Assembly (NCBI GenBank): GCA_046485075.1
Contig: JAWOHR010000212.1
Span: 422-64,421 of the forward strand
DNA: 64,000 nt
Reading direction: 5' to 3'
From: Bacteroidales bacterium
GTDB taxonomy: Bacteria > Bacteroidota > Bacteroidia > Bacteroidales > GCA-2748055
The notes below the pieces were generated by a model, which was not told the DNA's origin, searched no databases, and saw only the letters and a program-made list of their open reading frames with translations. Positions 53,744 to 61,395 of the stretch are shown here, piece after piece (within the stretch, counting starts at the first letter, position 1; each line of letters begins with the position of its first letter). A program made the position numbers and the translations under genes.

Positions 53744-55585
53744 ATGAACATCAAAAAAAACATATGGCTTATTCTTCTGCTCCTGACTGCCTTATCGGTT
53801 AAAGGTCAGGAGGATGGCTATAGGGCAACTGCACCCGGGATGGTGAGGGCAGGTGAACAGTTCCAGTATGTGATAGAAGGATCTAAACAGGGAGATGTGT
53901 CCCTTCCGTCCATAGAGGGATTCCAGTTGCTGGCCGGACCGTTTTCATCATTTTCATCGCACTCACAATGGATCAATGGAAAAATGAGCATGGAGACGGT
54001 GGTGACCTACACCCATATTTTCAGGGCAAACCAGCCGGGAACCTACACCATTCCACCCGCAACGGTGCGAGCAGGCCGCAAGGATTACAAGACCAACGTG
54101 GTCGAAATAACGGTTACAGGTATTGGTTCTCAGCCACCCCCCGCGGGTGGCAATGGCCAGGGAGTGGCACCGGACGGCTCAGGCGCACAGGAGGTGGAAT
54201 CCGATGGGTCTGATCCCGTTTTTCTGAGGGTGATCCCCAACAAGACAAATGTATATGTGGGTGAACAACTGTTAAGCGTACTAAGGGTTTACACCCGTGT
54301 AAATACAAGGCCTGCCGGTGGAACAAAAGATATCCCCTATGAAGGGTTTTATAAAAAATCACTTGACCCCGATGCAAGTGCCACAAGACAAGATATCAAC
54401 GGGGAGCAGTTTGTTACCCAGATCATACAGCGTCACATACTCATACCCCAAAAATCCGGAGAGATCGTTATTGAACCCTTTGATTCGGAGTGGATGGTTC
54501 AGCAGAGGGTTCAGCGGCAAAGCAACAGTGTATTTGACAGCTTTTTTGATGACCCGTTCTTTAGTAGTGTGCAGGAGGTACCTACAAACCTGTCGACTTC
54601 TCCGGTTACAATTCATGTAAAGCCACTGCCGGCAGGTGCACCTGCCGGATTTACCGGGGGGGTCGGGAGTTTTTCCATGAAGGCAGAACTCTCTGCCGAA
54701 GAGGTTGAAGTCAACGAGGCCCTGAGCCTCAGGATCACGATCCGGGGAACCGGAAACCTGCCTTTAATGGGAGAGCCGGAAGTAAACCTGCCACCCGATC
54801 ATGATCTATATGATGTAAGCCACTCCCTGAACATTTCTGTCTCCGGCAACCAGATTGGTGGCTCCGTAACCTATGAATACCCTATTGTTGCCAGGCATGC
54901 GGGCCGTTTCAGGATCGCTCCCATTCAATTCTCCTGGTTCGATCCGGCCTCCGGATCGTACCATTCAACCACCAGCGGTGAGTTTAATTTCACAGTTCTG
55001 AAGGGCAATACAGAGGATGGAACCGGGAATGTTTATATTCCAGGTATCATGAAGGAGAGTGTGGAAAACCTGGGAATAGATATTCGGGATATCACGCGCA
55101 TGACTCCTGCCCTGACCCCTGTGGCATACAGCCTGATGGGGCAGCGATGGTACAGAATGCTCTACCTTGTTATTGTGCTGCTGGTCACTGTGTTTATTCT
55201 TTATATCAGGACCGTTTCCCGGCGAAATGCCGACCTGAGGCTTATGAGGAACCGGAAGGCCAGCCGCTCAGCCCTGAACAGGTTTAAACTTGCCGATAAG
55301 TACCGGAAAAGTGGTGATGAAGATCGTTTTTATGACGAGGTTGGAAAGGCGATCTGGGGATACCTGGCGGATAAACTTGGAATTGAGACCTCGGGACTAT
55401 CCCGCGAGGCAATCAGCTCAAAACTGGCTTACAGGAATGTTTCTCCGGAATTGCTGGAAGAGTTCTCACGTATCCTGGACGAGACCGAATTCTCGAGGTT
55501 TGCCCCAACCGCTGATAAATCCGCAACGGATCAGCTGTACAGGGATGCCCTGCATTTAATCAAAAACCTTGAAAACAGTCTGTGA
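53744..55585 (+). CDS. batD: BatD-like oxygen-tolerance protein
   Basis: Signal peptide, a large extracytoplasmic region, one TM helix (LYLVIVLLVTVFILYI), a cytoplasmic tail, and position after batC. Confidence 0.8.
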   Translation: MNIKKNIWLILLLLTALSVKGQEDGYRATAPGMVRAGEQFQYVIEGSKQGDVSLPSIEGFQLLAGPFSSFSSHSQWINGKMSMETVVTYTHIFRANQPGTYTIPPATVRAGRKDYKTNVVEITVTGIGSQPPPAGGNGQGVAPDGSGAQEVESDGSDPVFLRVIPNKTNVYVGEQLLSVLRVYTRVNTRPAGGTKDIPYEGFYKKSLDPDASATRQDINGEQFVTQIIQRHILIPQKSGEIVIEPFDSEWMVQQRVQRQSNSVFDSFFDDPFFSSVQEVPTNLSTSPVTIHVKPLPAGAPAGFTGGVGSFSMKAELSAEEVEVNEALSLRITIRGTGNLPLMGEPEVNLPPDHDLYDVSHSLNISVSGNQIGGSVTYEYPIVARHAGRFRIAPIQFSWFDPASGSYHSTTSGEFNFTVLKGNTEDGTGNVYIPGIMKESVENLGIDIRDITRMTPALTPVAYSLMGQRWYRMLYLVIVLLVTVFILYIRTVSRRNADLRLMRNRKASRSALNRFKLADKYRKSGDEDRFYDEVGKAIWGYLADKLGIETSGLSREAISSKLAYRNVSPELLEEFSRILDETEFSRFAPTADKSATDQLYRDALHLIKNLENSL

Positions 55586-56337
55586 TGAAAATAGTTAAAC
55601 TTTGCTTGATCCTGTTTTTTAGTGCAAGCCAGCTGTTTGCTTCCGTCGATTCAATCTATATGCAGGCAGTGAAACTCTACGAGGCGGGTGAATTCGAATC
55701 AGCACTGGAAACCTGGCAGAGGGTAGTGGATTCAGGCTATGAGTCACCCGAACTATATTACAACATGGGAAATGCAGCGTTTCGCTCCAACAGCATCGGT
55801 TATGCTGCCCTTTATTATGAAAAGGCGTTGAAGCTTGATCCCTCCTATGGGGATGCCGCACATAACCTGGAATTTCTTTCGCGCTATAAATCGGATGGCT
55901 TTGAGGAGGTGCCCGAATTTTTTATCCGGACCTGGATCTCTTCAACTGTGAAGGCTCTACCAGAACGGACCTGGAGCATTATGGCACTGGCCGGATTTTT
56001 ATTCACGGTTTTTTTCCTGCTACTTTATATCTTTGCACGTGGACTCACCCTTAAAAAAACCGGATTCTTTGCAGGCCTTGGGGGGCTCATTTTTACCGCT
56101 TTCACTTTATTTTCGGCAGTTGCAACTTACCACGAAATAATACGGCCGGATTCGGGAATCATTCTATCTCCCTCGGTCACTGTGAAAAGCACACCCAGTG
56201 AGACCGGAACAGAGTTGTTTATCCTGCATGAAGGGACCAGGGTAAAGGTGAACGAGGAGGTGACCGGATGGCATAACATCCGGATTATCGACGGCAGGGA
56301 AGGTTGGATCAGGACGGGTGATTTCGGGACCATTTAA
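55582..56337 (+). CDS. batE: BatE-like TPR + SH3b domain membrane protein
   Basis: TPR repeats (ELYYNMGNAAFRSN...YYEKALKLDP), two TM helices and a C-terminal SH3b-like GWHNIRIIDGREGWI. Confidence 0.75.
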   Translation: MMKIVKLCLILFFSASQLFASVDSIYMQAVKLYEAGEFESALETWQRVVDSGYESPELYYNMGNAAFRSNSIGYAALYYEKALKLDPSYGDAAHNLEFLSRYKSDGFEEVPEFFIRTWISSTVKALPERTWSIMALAGFLFTVFFLLLYIFARGLTLKKTGFFAGLGGLIFTAFTLFSAVATYHEIIRPDSGIILSPSVTVKSTPSETGTELFILHEGTRVKVNEEVTGWHNIRIIDGREGWIRTGDFGTI

Positions 56338-56343
56338 ACCAGG

Positions 56344-57498
56344 ATGAAGATGCCAGTGAAGAAGAGTTTCCAGGAGATCAATGAAAAAATCAGAAAGGGG
56401 AATGCGGTTGTTCTCACAGCCGAGGAGGTTTCTGCCATGGGCAGGGAGCTTTCGCCGGCCCAGGTAGCAGAAAAGGTCGATGTGGTCACCACGGCAACTT
56501 TCGGACCCATGTGCTCATCGGGCCTGTTCATAAATACCGGCCACCCTGATCCGCCCATCAGAATGGAGAGCGCAACTCTCAACGGAGTCCCTGTTTTTAC
56601 CGGGATCGCCGCTGTCGATCTTTATATCGGGGCTACCGAGAACCATCCGGAGCGGCCCGATTATGGCGGAGCGCACATCATTGAAGAGCTGATTGACGGG
56701 AAGGATGTGGAGCTTATCGCCCACGCCAAAGGAACCGACTGCTATCCAAGGCGCGATATCCGAACCACCATCAACCGGGATAATATCAATGAGATGATGA
56801 TGTTCAATCCCCGCAATGCATACCAGAACTATCCTGCAGCCGTCAATGGTTCTAACCGGATCAAGTATACCTACATGGGTAGCTTGCTTCCACATATGGG
56901 CAATGCAAACTACAGTACTTCCGGTGAGCTGAGTCCGTTGCTCAATGATCCTGATATGCGGACCATCGGTCTGGGAACACGGATTTTTCTCGGCGGAACC
57001 ACAGGCTATGTGAGCTGGCATGGAACTCAGTACAGGAGCAATGCTGAGCGCAACGACCATGGCGTTCCCGTTTCCAATTCTGCTACCCTTTCAGTGATCG
57101 GGAATGCCAAAAACATGAGTTCCTCCTTTATAAAAGCCGCCTATTATGAAAAATACGGAGTATCTATCTTTGTGGGAATCGGAATCCCCATACCGGTGCT
57201 GGATGAGGAGATGGCTGCCAGGGTGATGATCAGGAACGATCAGATTACCACCCGAATTCTGGATTATGGTTACCCGGACCACCCGGAGGTTGGCAGGATT
57301 AATTACGCCCAGCTCATGTCAGGTGAGATTGAACTTAACGGGAAATTGATCAGGACCTCTTCTCTTTCAAGTTTATACAAAGCCCGAAAGATAGCGGATA
57401 TTTTAAAAAAGCAGGTGAGTAGCGGTACATTTTTGCTGACCGAACCCCTGGAGGCATTCCCGGCTGGAAAAGGATTGAATTCACTTGAAATCAGGTGA
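56344..57498 (+). CDS. DUF39 / COG1900-type homocysteine biosynthesis protein
   Basis: The N-terminus (SFQEINEKIRKGNAVVLTAEEV) and the length match the DUF39 family implicated in sulfide-dependent homocysteine synthesis in methanogens. Confidence 0.8.
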   Translation: MKMPVKKSFQEINEKIRKGNAVVLTAEEVSAMGRELSPAQVAEKVDVVTTATFGPMCSSGLFINTGHPDPPIRMESATLNGVPVFTGIAAVDLYIGATENHPERPDYGGAHIIEELIDGKDVELIAHAKGTDCYPRRDIRTTINRDNINEMMMFNPRNAYQNYPAAVNGSNRIKYTYMGSLLPHMGNANYSTSGELSPLLNDPDMRTIGLGTRIFLGGTTGYVSWHGTQYRSNAERNDHGVPVSNSATLSVIGNAKNMSSSFIKAAYYEKYGVSIFVGIGIPIPVLDEEMAARVMIRNDQITTRILDYGYPDHPEVGRINYAQLMSGEIELNGKLIRTSSLSSLYKARKIADILKKQVSSGTFLLTEPLEAFPAGKGLNSLEIR

Positions 57499-57535
57499 GC
57501 CGATTAAATGATCAAGGACTGGAGAGGAATAAAGG

Positions 57536-57958
57536 ATGAAAAAAGAGAAGAAAAGGCTGGTGCTCAGGTTTCCGGCAGAGCGTGTCAATGAGCCCATCAC
57601 CTACGTATTAATCAAGGAGTATGATGTGAGAATCAACATTCTCAATGCCGACATCACACATGGCAAGGTGGGGAACCTGCTTATCGAGATGAGTGGTGAA
57701 CCCGTGAATATGAATGAGGCATTGGAATATCTTAAAAATAAGAATGTTGGCATATCTCCGGTGGTGAAGACCATCCTTTTCGATGAAACGAAATGTATCC
57801 ATTGCGGAGCCTGCGCTTCAGTCTGCTTTCCAGGTGCACTCACCATAAAGGATTCCTCCCGTAAACTGAAATTTTCGCCTGAGCTTTGTATTGCGTGTGA
57901 ACTCTGTATTAAAGCATGTCCCCTTCAGCTGTTTGAACTCAATTTCGGAGAAAATTAA
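57536..57958 (+). CDS. NIL domain fused to a 2x[4Fe-4S] ferredoxin
   Basis: NIL motif (VRINILNADI) followed by two CxxCxxCxxxCP clusters (CIHCGACASVCFP, CIACELCIKACP). Confidence 0.85.
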   Translation: MKKEKKRLVLRFPAERVNEPITYVLIKEYDVRINILNADITHGKVGNLLIEMSGEPVNMNEALEYLKNKNVGISPVVKTILFDETKCIHCGACASVCFPGALTIKDSSRKLKFSPELCIACELCIKACPLQLFELNFGEN

Positions 57959-58741
57959 TTGTATCAGCCCAGGATATACCGGGAAGAGATGAATTCGGAC
58001 CGTTTCCGTTTTTTCTCTTCGCTTCACCATGAATCCGACCTTCTGGTTGGTATCAGTCATCACCTCTACCAACCCTTTGTTGAATCTGTATGCAGGGAGG
58101 AACAAATGCGCCTCTATGAGCTGCTCATTAGTCACATGGCGCTCCATCCCGACTTTGCAACCTCCCTTGATCCGCTTGAGATGCCGGGCGATAACGGAGA
58201 CATGCCGTTTGAACTGAAAACCATGTATGACTGTGCAATGACTACCGGTACCGGACCGATGAGTTCGGTGGCCGGACTCTTCGCCCGGGAGGTGGGCAGG
58301 GCCATTGCAAAGCATACCGGGGCAGGATCCGGTCCTGGAGGGGTCAAGATTCATTCTGCTGAAGTGATGGTGGAGAACGGGGGAGATCTCTATATAAGGA
58401 ACAGGGATGATCTGGTGGTGGCGGTTCATGCCGGGGAGGTGGCGCTTTCGGGAAAACTGGGCCTGGTGATCCCACCGGGTGAATGGGGCATATGTACCTC
58501 ATCAGGCACTATAGGTCACTCCTTCAGCATGGGGAGAGCAGATGCTGTCACCATTGTCTCACGAGATACTCCGCTGGCCGATGCATGGGCTACAGCGCTC
58601 GCCAACCAGGTGCAGGGCAGGGAAGATATCCGGCCGCTGCTGGACCGTGTGGCGGGGATACCCGAAATTCTCGCCTGTGTGATAATTGCCGGAGGAGAGG
58701 TAGGAATCCGGGGAATATTTGAAACAAAAATTCTAACTTAG
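57959..58741 (+). CDS. UPF0280 / COG2122 family protein (ApbE-like superfamily)
   Basis: The N-terminus (YQPRIYREEM...FRFFSSLHHESDLLVG) and the 260-aa size resemble UPF0280. Recognition is from memory only. Confidence 0.55.
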   Translation: MYQPRIYREEMNSDRFRFFSSLHHESDLLVGISHHLYQPFVESVCREEQMRLYELLISHMALHPDFATSLDPLEMPGDNGDMPFELKTMYDCAMTTGTGPMSSVAGLFAREVGRAIAKHTGAGSGPGGVKIHSAEVMVENGGDLYIRNRDDLVVAVHAGEVALSGKLGLVIPPGEWGICTSSGTIGHSFSMGRADAVTIVSRDTPLADAWATALANQVQGREDIRPLLDRVAGIPEILACVIIAGGEVGIRGIFETKILT

Positions 58742-58746
58742 GATTT

Positions 58747-60459
58747 GTGAATAGTCTCATTCTGGTCATACTCGCAATTGCCGGTTACCTGGCTTCATAC
58801 CGTTTTTACGGGCGATATCTGGGAAACAAGGTCCTTAAACTGGCTGCCACACGTATCATGCCTTCCCATGAGCTGAACGATGGGGTGGACTATGTCCCAA
58901 CCAAATCGCACATTGTTTTCGGCCACCATTTTACCACGATTGCCGGACTGGGGCCCATTGTCGGACCTGCTATCGGAATTATTTGGGGATGGCTCCCGGC
59001 CTTCTTATGGGTATTCCTGGGAAGTATTTTCATGGGAGCCGTTCACGACTTTACCACCCTGGTTGTCTCCGCAAGAAATAAAGGTCGCTCCATAGGTGAA
59101 CTCACCGGAGAAATGATCAGCCCCTCCACGAGGTATGCACTTCAGTTTATCATGCAGCTGTTACTATTCATCGTACTTGCGGTTTTTGCAATGATCGTGG
59201 GTAGCCTGTTTGTCATGTATCCCGAATCGGTGATCCCTGTGTGGTTCCAGATTCCCGTGGCGGTCTGGCTGGGATGGCAGATCCGCAGGGGTAAAAACGA
59301 CCTGGTATATTCCATAATAGCCCTCCTTTTGCTCTATGGTTTCGTGATCCTGGGAGTCAGGTTTCCGGTTTCCCTACCCTGGGATCAACAAACCTCAGTT
59401 GTGGTCTGGTGCATTCTCCTTTTTATCTATGTATTTTTCGCCTCCACCATACCCGTGCAGAAATTGCTTCAGCCGCGCGATTACATCAATTCTCACCAGC
59501 TATTGGTGGCCATGGCCTTTCTGATCCTGGGAATAATAATTGCGCACCCGCTCATTTCCGCCCCAGCCATTAACCAGGCTGCTTTAGCCCCGGATTCAGA
59601 CGTTCCTCCAATGGCACCCATCCTGTTTATCATCATAGCCTGTGGTGCCATTTCTGGCTTCCATTCCCTGGCCAGTTCGGGGACCACCGTAAAACAGGTT
59701 GACCGGGAGACAGATGCGCTTCCCATCGGATATGGCGCCATGATTACCGAAAGTCTCCTGGCTGTTCTTGTGATTATAGCAGCCGGAGCAGGTCTTGGTA
59801 TGGGACTCGAGGCCGATGGGGAGGTGTTGACCGGCCTGGCGGCTTATAAACATCACTACACTTCATGGTCATCCGCAAACGGACTGGCCGCCAAGCTGGA
59901 TGCATTTATTATCGGGTCAGCAAACCTCTTCTCCAGCTTCGGTCTGCCCGTTAAATACGGAGCAGCGTTTGTGGTAGTCTTTATTGTGTCATTTGCCAAT
60001 ACAACACTCGACTCTGCAGCAAGAATCCAGCGCATTTCGCTCCAGGAGATCTTTAGCCGGCCAGACCGAAGCATCAGGAAGCCCTTCAACAACCGTTACC
60101 TGGCCACTTTGATCATTGTGGTTTCCGCGGCTTGCCTGACTTTCTTCAAACCGGGAGGACAGGGGGCCATGGTGCTGTGGCCGCTCTTCGGATCCCTTAA
60201 CCAGCTGATGGCTGCCCTGGCACTTGGGGTGGTTACAGTTTACTTTCATGCAAAAAAAATGCCCATCTGGTATACTGCCATCCCCATGGTTCTGGTCCTG
60301 GCGTTTACCCTTTGGGCCATGGTAACGAATCTGAATGATTTCATCCTGGAAGGCGAAATTTTGCTTGTGATACTGTCGGGCATCATCCTGTTACTGACAA
60401 CATGGCTCGCCGTGAGCAGTATTCTGGCCCTGACCGCGAAAAAACAGAGCGGCTATTGA
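58747..60459 (+). CDS. cstA: carbon starvation protein CstA family (peptide/pyruvate transporter family)
   Basis: Hallmark FGHHFTTIAGLGPIVGPAIG in a polytopic 570-aa protein. GTG start. Confidence 0.9.
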   Translation: MNSLILVILAIAGYLASYRFYGRYLGNKVLKLAATRIMPSHELNDGVDYVPTKSHIVFGHHFTTIAGLGPIVGPAIGIIWGWLPAFLWVFLGSIFMGAVHDFTTLVVSARNKGRSIGELTGEMISPSTRYALQFIMQLLLFIVLAVFAMIVGSLFVMYPESVIPVWFQIPVAVWLGWQIRRGKNDLVYSIIALLLLYGFVILGVRFPVSLPWDQQTSVVVWCILLFIYVFFASTIPVQKLLQPRDYINSHQLLVAMAFLILGIIIAHPLISAPAINQAALAPDSDVPPMAPILFIIIACGAISGFHSLASSGTTVKQVDRETDALPIGYGAMITESLLAVLVIIAAGAGLGMGLEADGEVLTGLAAYKHHYTSWSSANGLAAKLDAFIIGSANLFSSFGLPVKYGAAFVVVFIVSFANTTLDSAARIQRISLQEIFSRPDRSIRKPFNNRYLATLIIVVSAACLTFFKPGGQGAMVLWPLFGSLNQLMAALALGVVTVYFHAKKMPIWYTAIPMVLVLAFTLWAMVTNLNDFILEGEILLVILSGIILLLTTWLAVSSILALTAKKQSGY

Positions 60460-60734
60460 ATGATCCGAAAATGGGAGAGGGGAGATACCGGGTTTTCCTT
60501 TACCTCGATTCGTTCCACCCAGCAGTAACCCGGACCGTTCCGGCACCACTGAATGTATCGGTTGCAAGCTTCTGTATCTCCCTGGATCAGTGTCAGAACC
60601 GATCCGTCTGGTTGGTTCTCGACCCAGCCTTTCAGTCCGAGTGATCTGGCCTGGTTTCGGGCTGCATATCTGAATCCCACCCCCTGTACACGGCCGTAAA
60701 CAAAAATTTCATATTGTTTCCCGGTGTTTTTCAT
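60453..60734 (-). CDS. acyP: acylphosphatase
   Basis: 93 aa with GRVQGVGFRY and GWVENQPDGSV motifs. Confidence 0.9.
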   Translation of the reverse strand: MKNTGKQYEIFVYGRVQGVGFRYAARNQARSLGLKGWVENQPDGSVLTLIQGDTEACNRYIQWCRNGPGYCWVERIEVKENPVSPLSHFRIIQ

Positions 60735-60843
60735 GCGTCAAAGTTATGAAATATACCCGGCATAAATAATAGTCCCCAGGTTGAACCAACCCTCCCCCGG
60801 ATTGTTTATTTTCCAAACAAGAAAAATTTATAAAACGTTTGAT

Positions 60844-61395
60844 ATGAAAAATATAACACGATTCCTTATCATAGCAATGCTTACTCTGTCGGTACAACTG
60901 TGGTCACAGGATCATTTCTACGACTTTACGGTCAAAGACATTCACGGTAAAGACTTTCCTCTATCCAAATTAAAGGGAAAAAAGGTGCTGGTGGTTAATA
61001 CTGCTTCAAAGTGTGGTTTTACGCCTCAATATGAAGATCTTGAAAGAATCTACCGGGAGTATAAGGAGAGGGATTTTGTGATCATCGGCTTTCCCAGTAA
61101 CGATTTTGCAGGCCAGGAACCAGGTAGTAACAGCGAGATTGCCTTATTCTGCACCGAAAAGTTTGACGTTACCTTTCCCATTATGGAAAAGATTTCCGTC
61201 AAGGGTGATGAGATGCATCCGCTTTACAGGTGGCTGACCACTAAAGCACAGAATGGAGTGGAGGATAGTAATGTTTCCTGGAACTTTCAGAAATATCTGA
61301 TCGACCCCGACGGGACTTTGGTGGGAAATGTCGCTCCAAGAAAGAAGCCGGATAGTGACGAAATTCTCGCCTGGATTATTGGGGAGAAAGAATAA
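60844..61395 (+). CDS. glutathione peroxidase (Cys type), secreted/periplasmic
   Basis: Catalytic NTASKCGFT and WNFQKYLI motifs. Start moved to the ATG that gives a signal peptide (MKNITRFLIIAMLTLS). Confidence 0.9.
   Translation: MKNITRFLIIAMLTLSVQLWSQDHFYDFTVKDIHGKDFPLSKLKGKKVLVVNTASKCGFTPQYEDLERIYREYKERDFVIIGFPSNDFAGQEPGSNSEIALFCTEKFDVTFPIMEKISVKGDEMHPLYRWLTTKAQNGVEDSNVSWNFQKYLIDPDGTLVGNVAPRKKPDSDEILAWIIGEKE

Noticed and set aside
57818-58429. 203-aa minus-strand ORF spanning the NIL-ferredoxin/UPF0280 junction
   Set aside because: It overlaps two same-strand, motif-bearing genes on the opposite strand. The product is His/Arg/Gly-rich and unrecognisable, so it is a shadow ORF.
60781-60843. 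TTG-initiated 21-codon extension of the glutathione peroxidase ORF
   Set aside because: The ATG at 60844 yields a standard signal peptide. The extension lies in the divergent promoter region shared with acyP.
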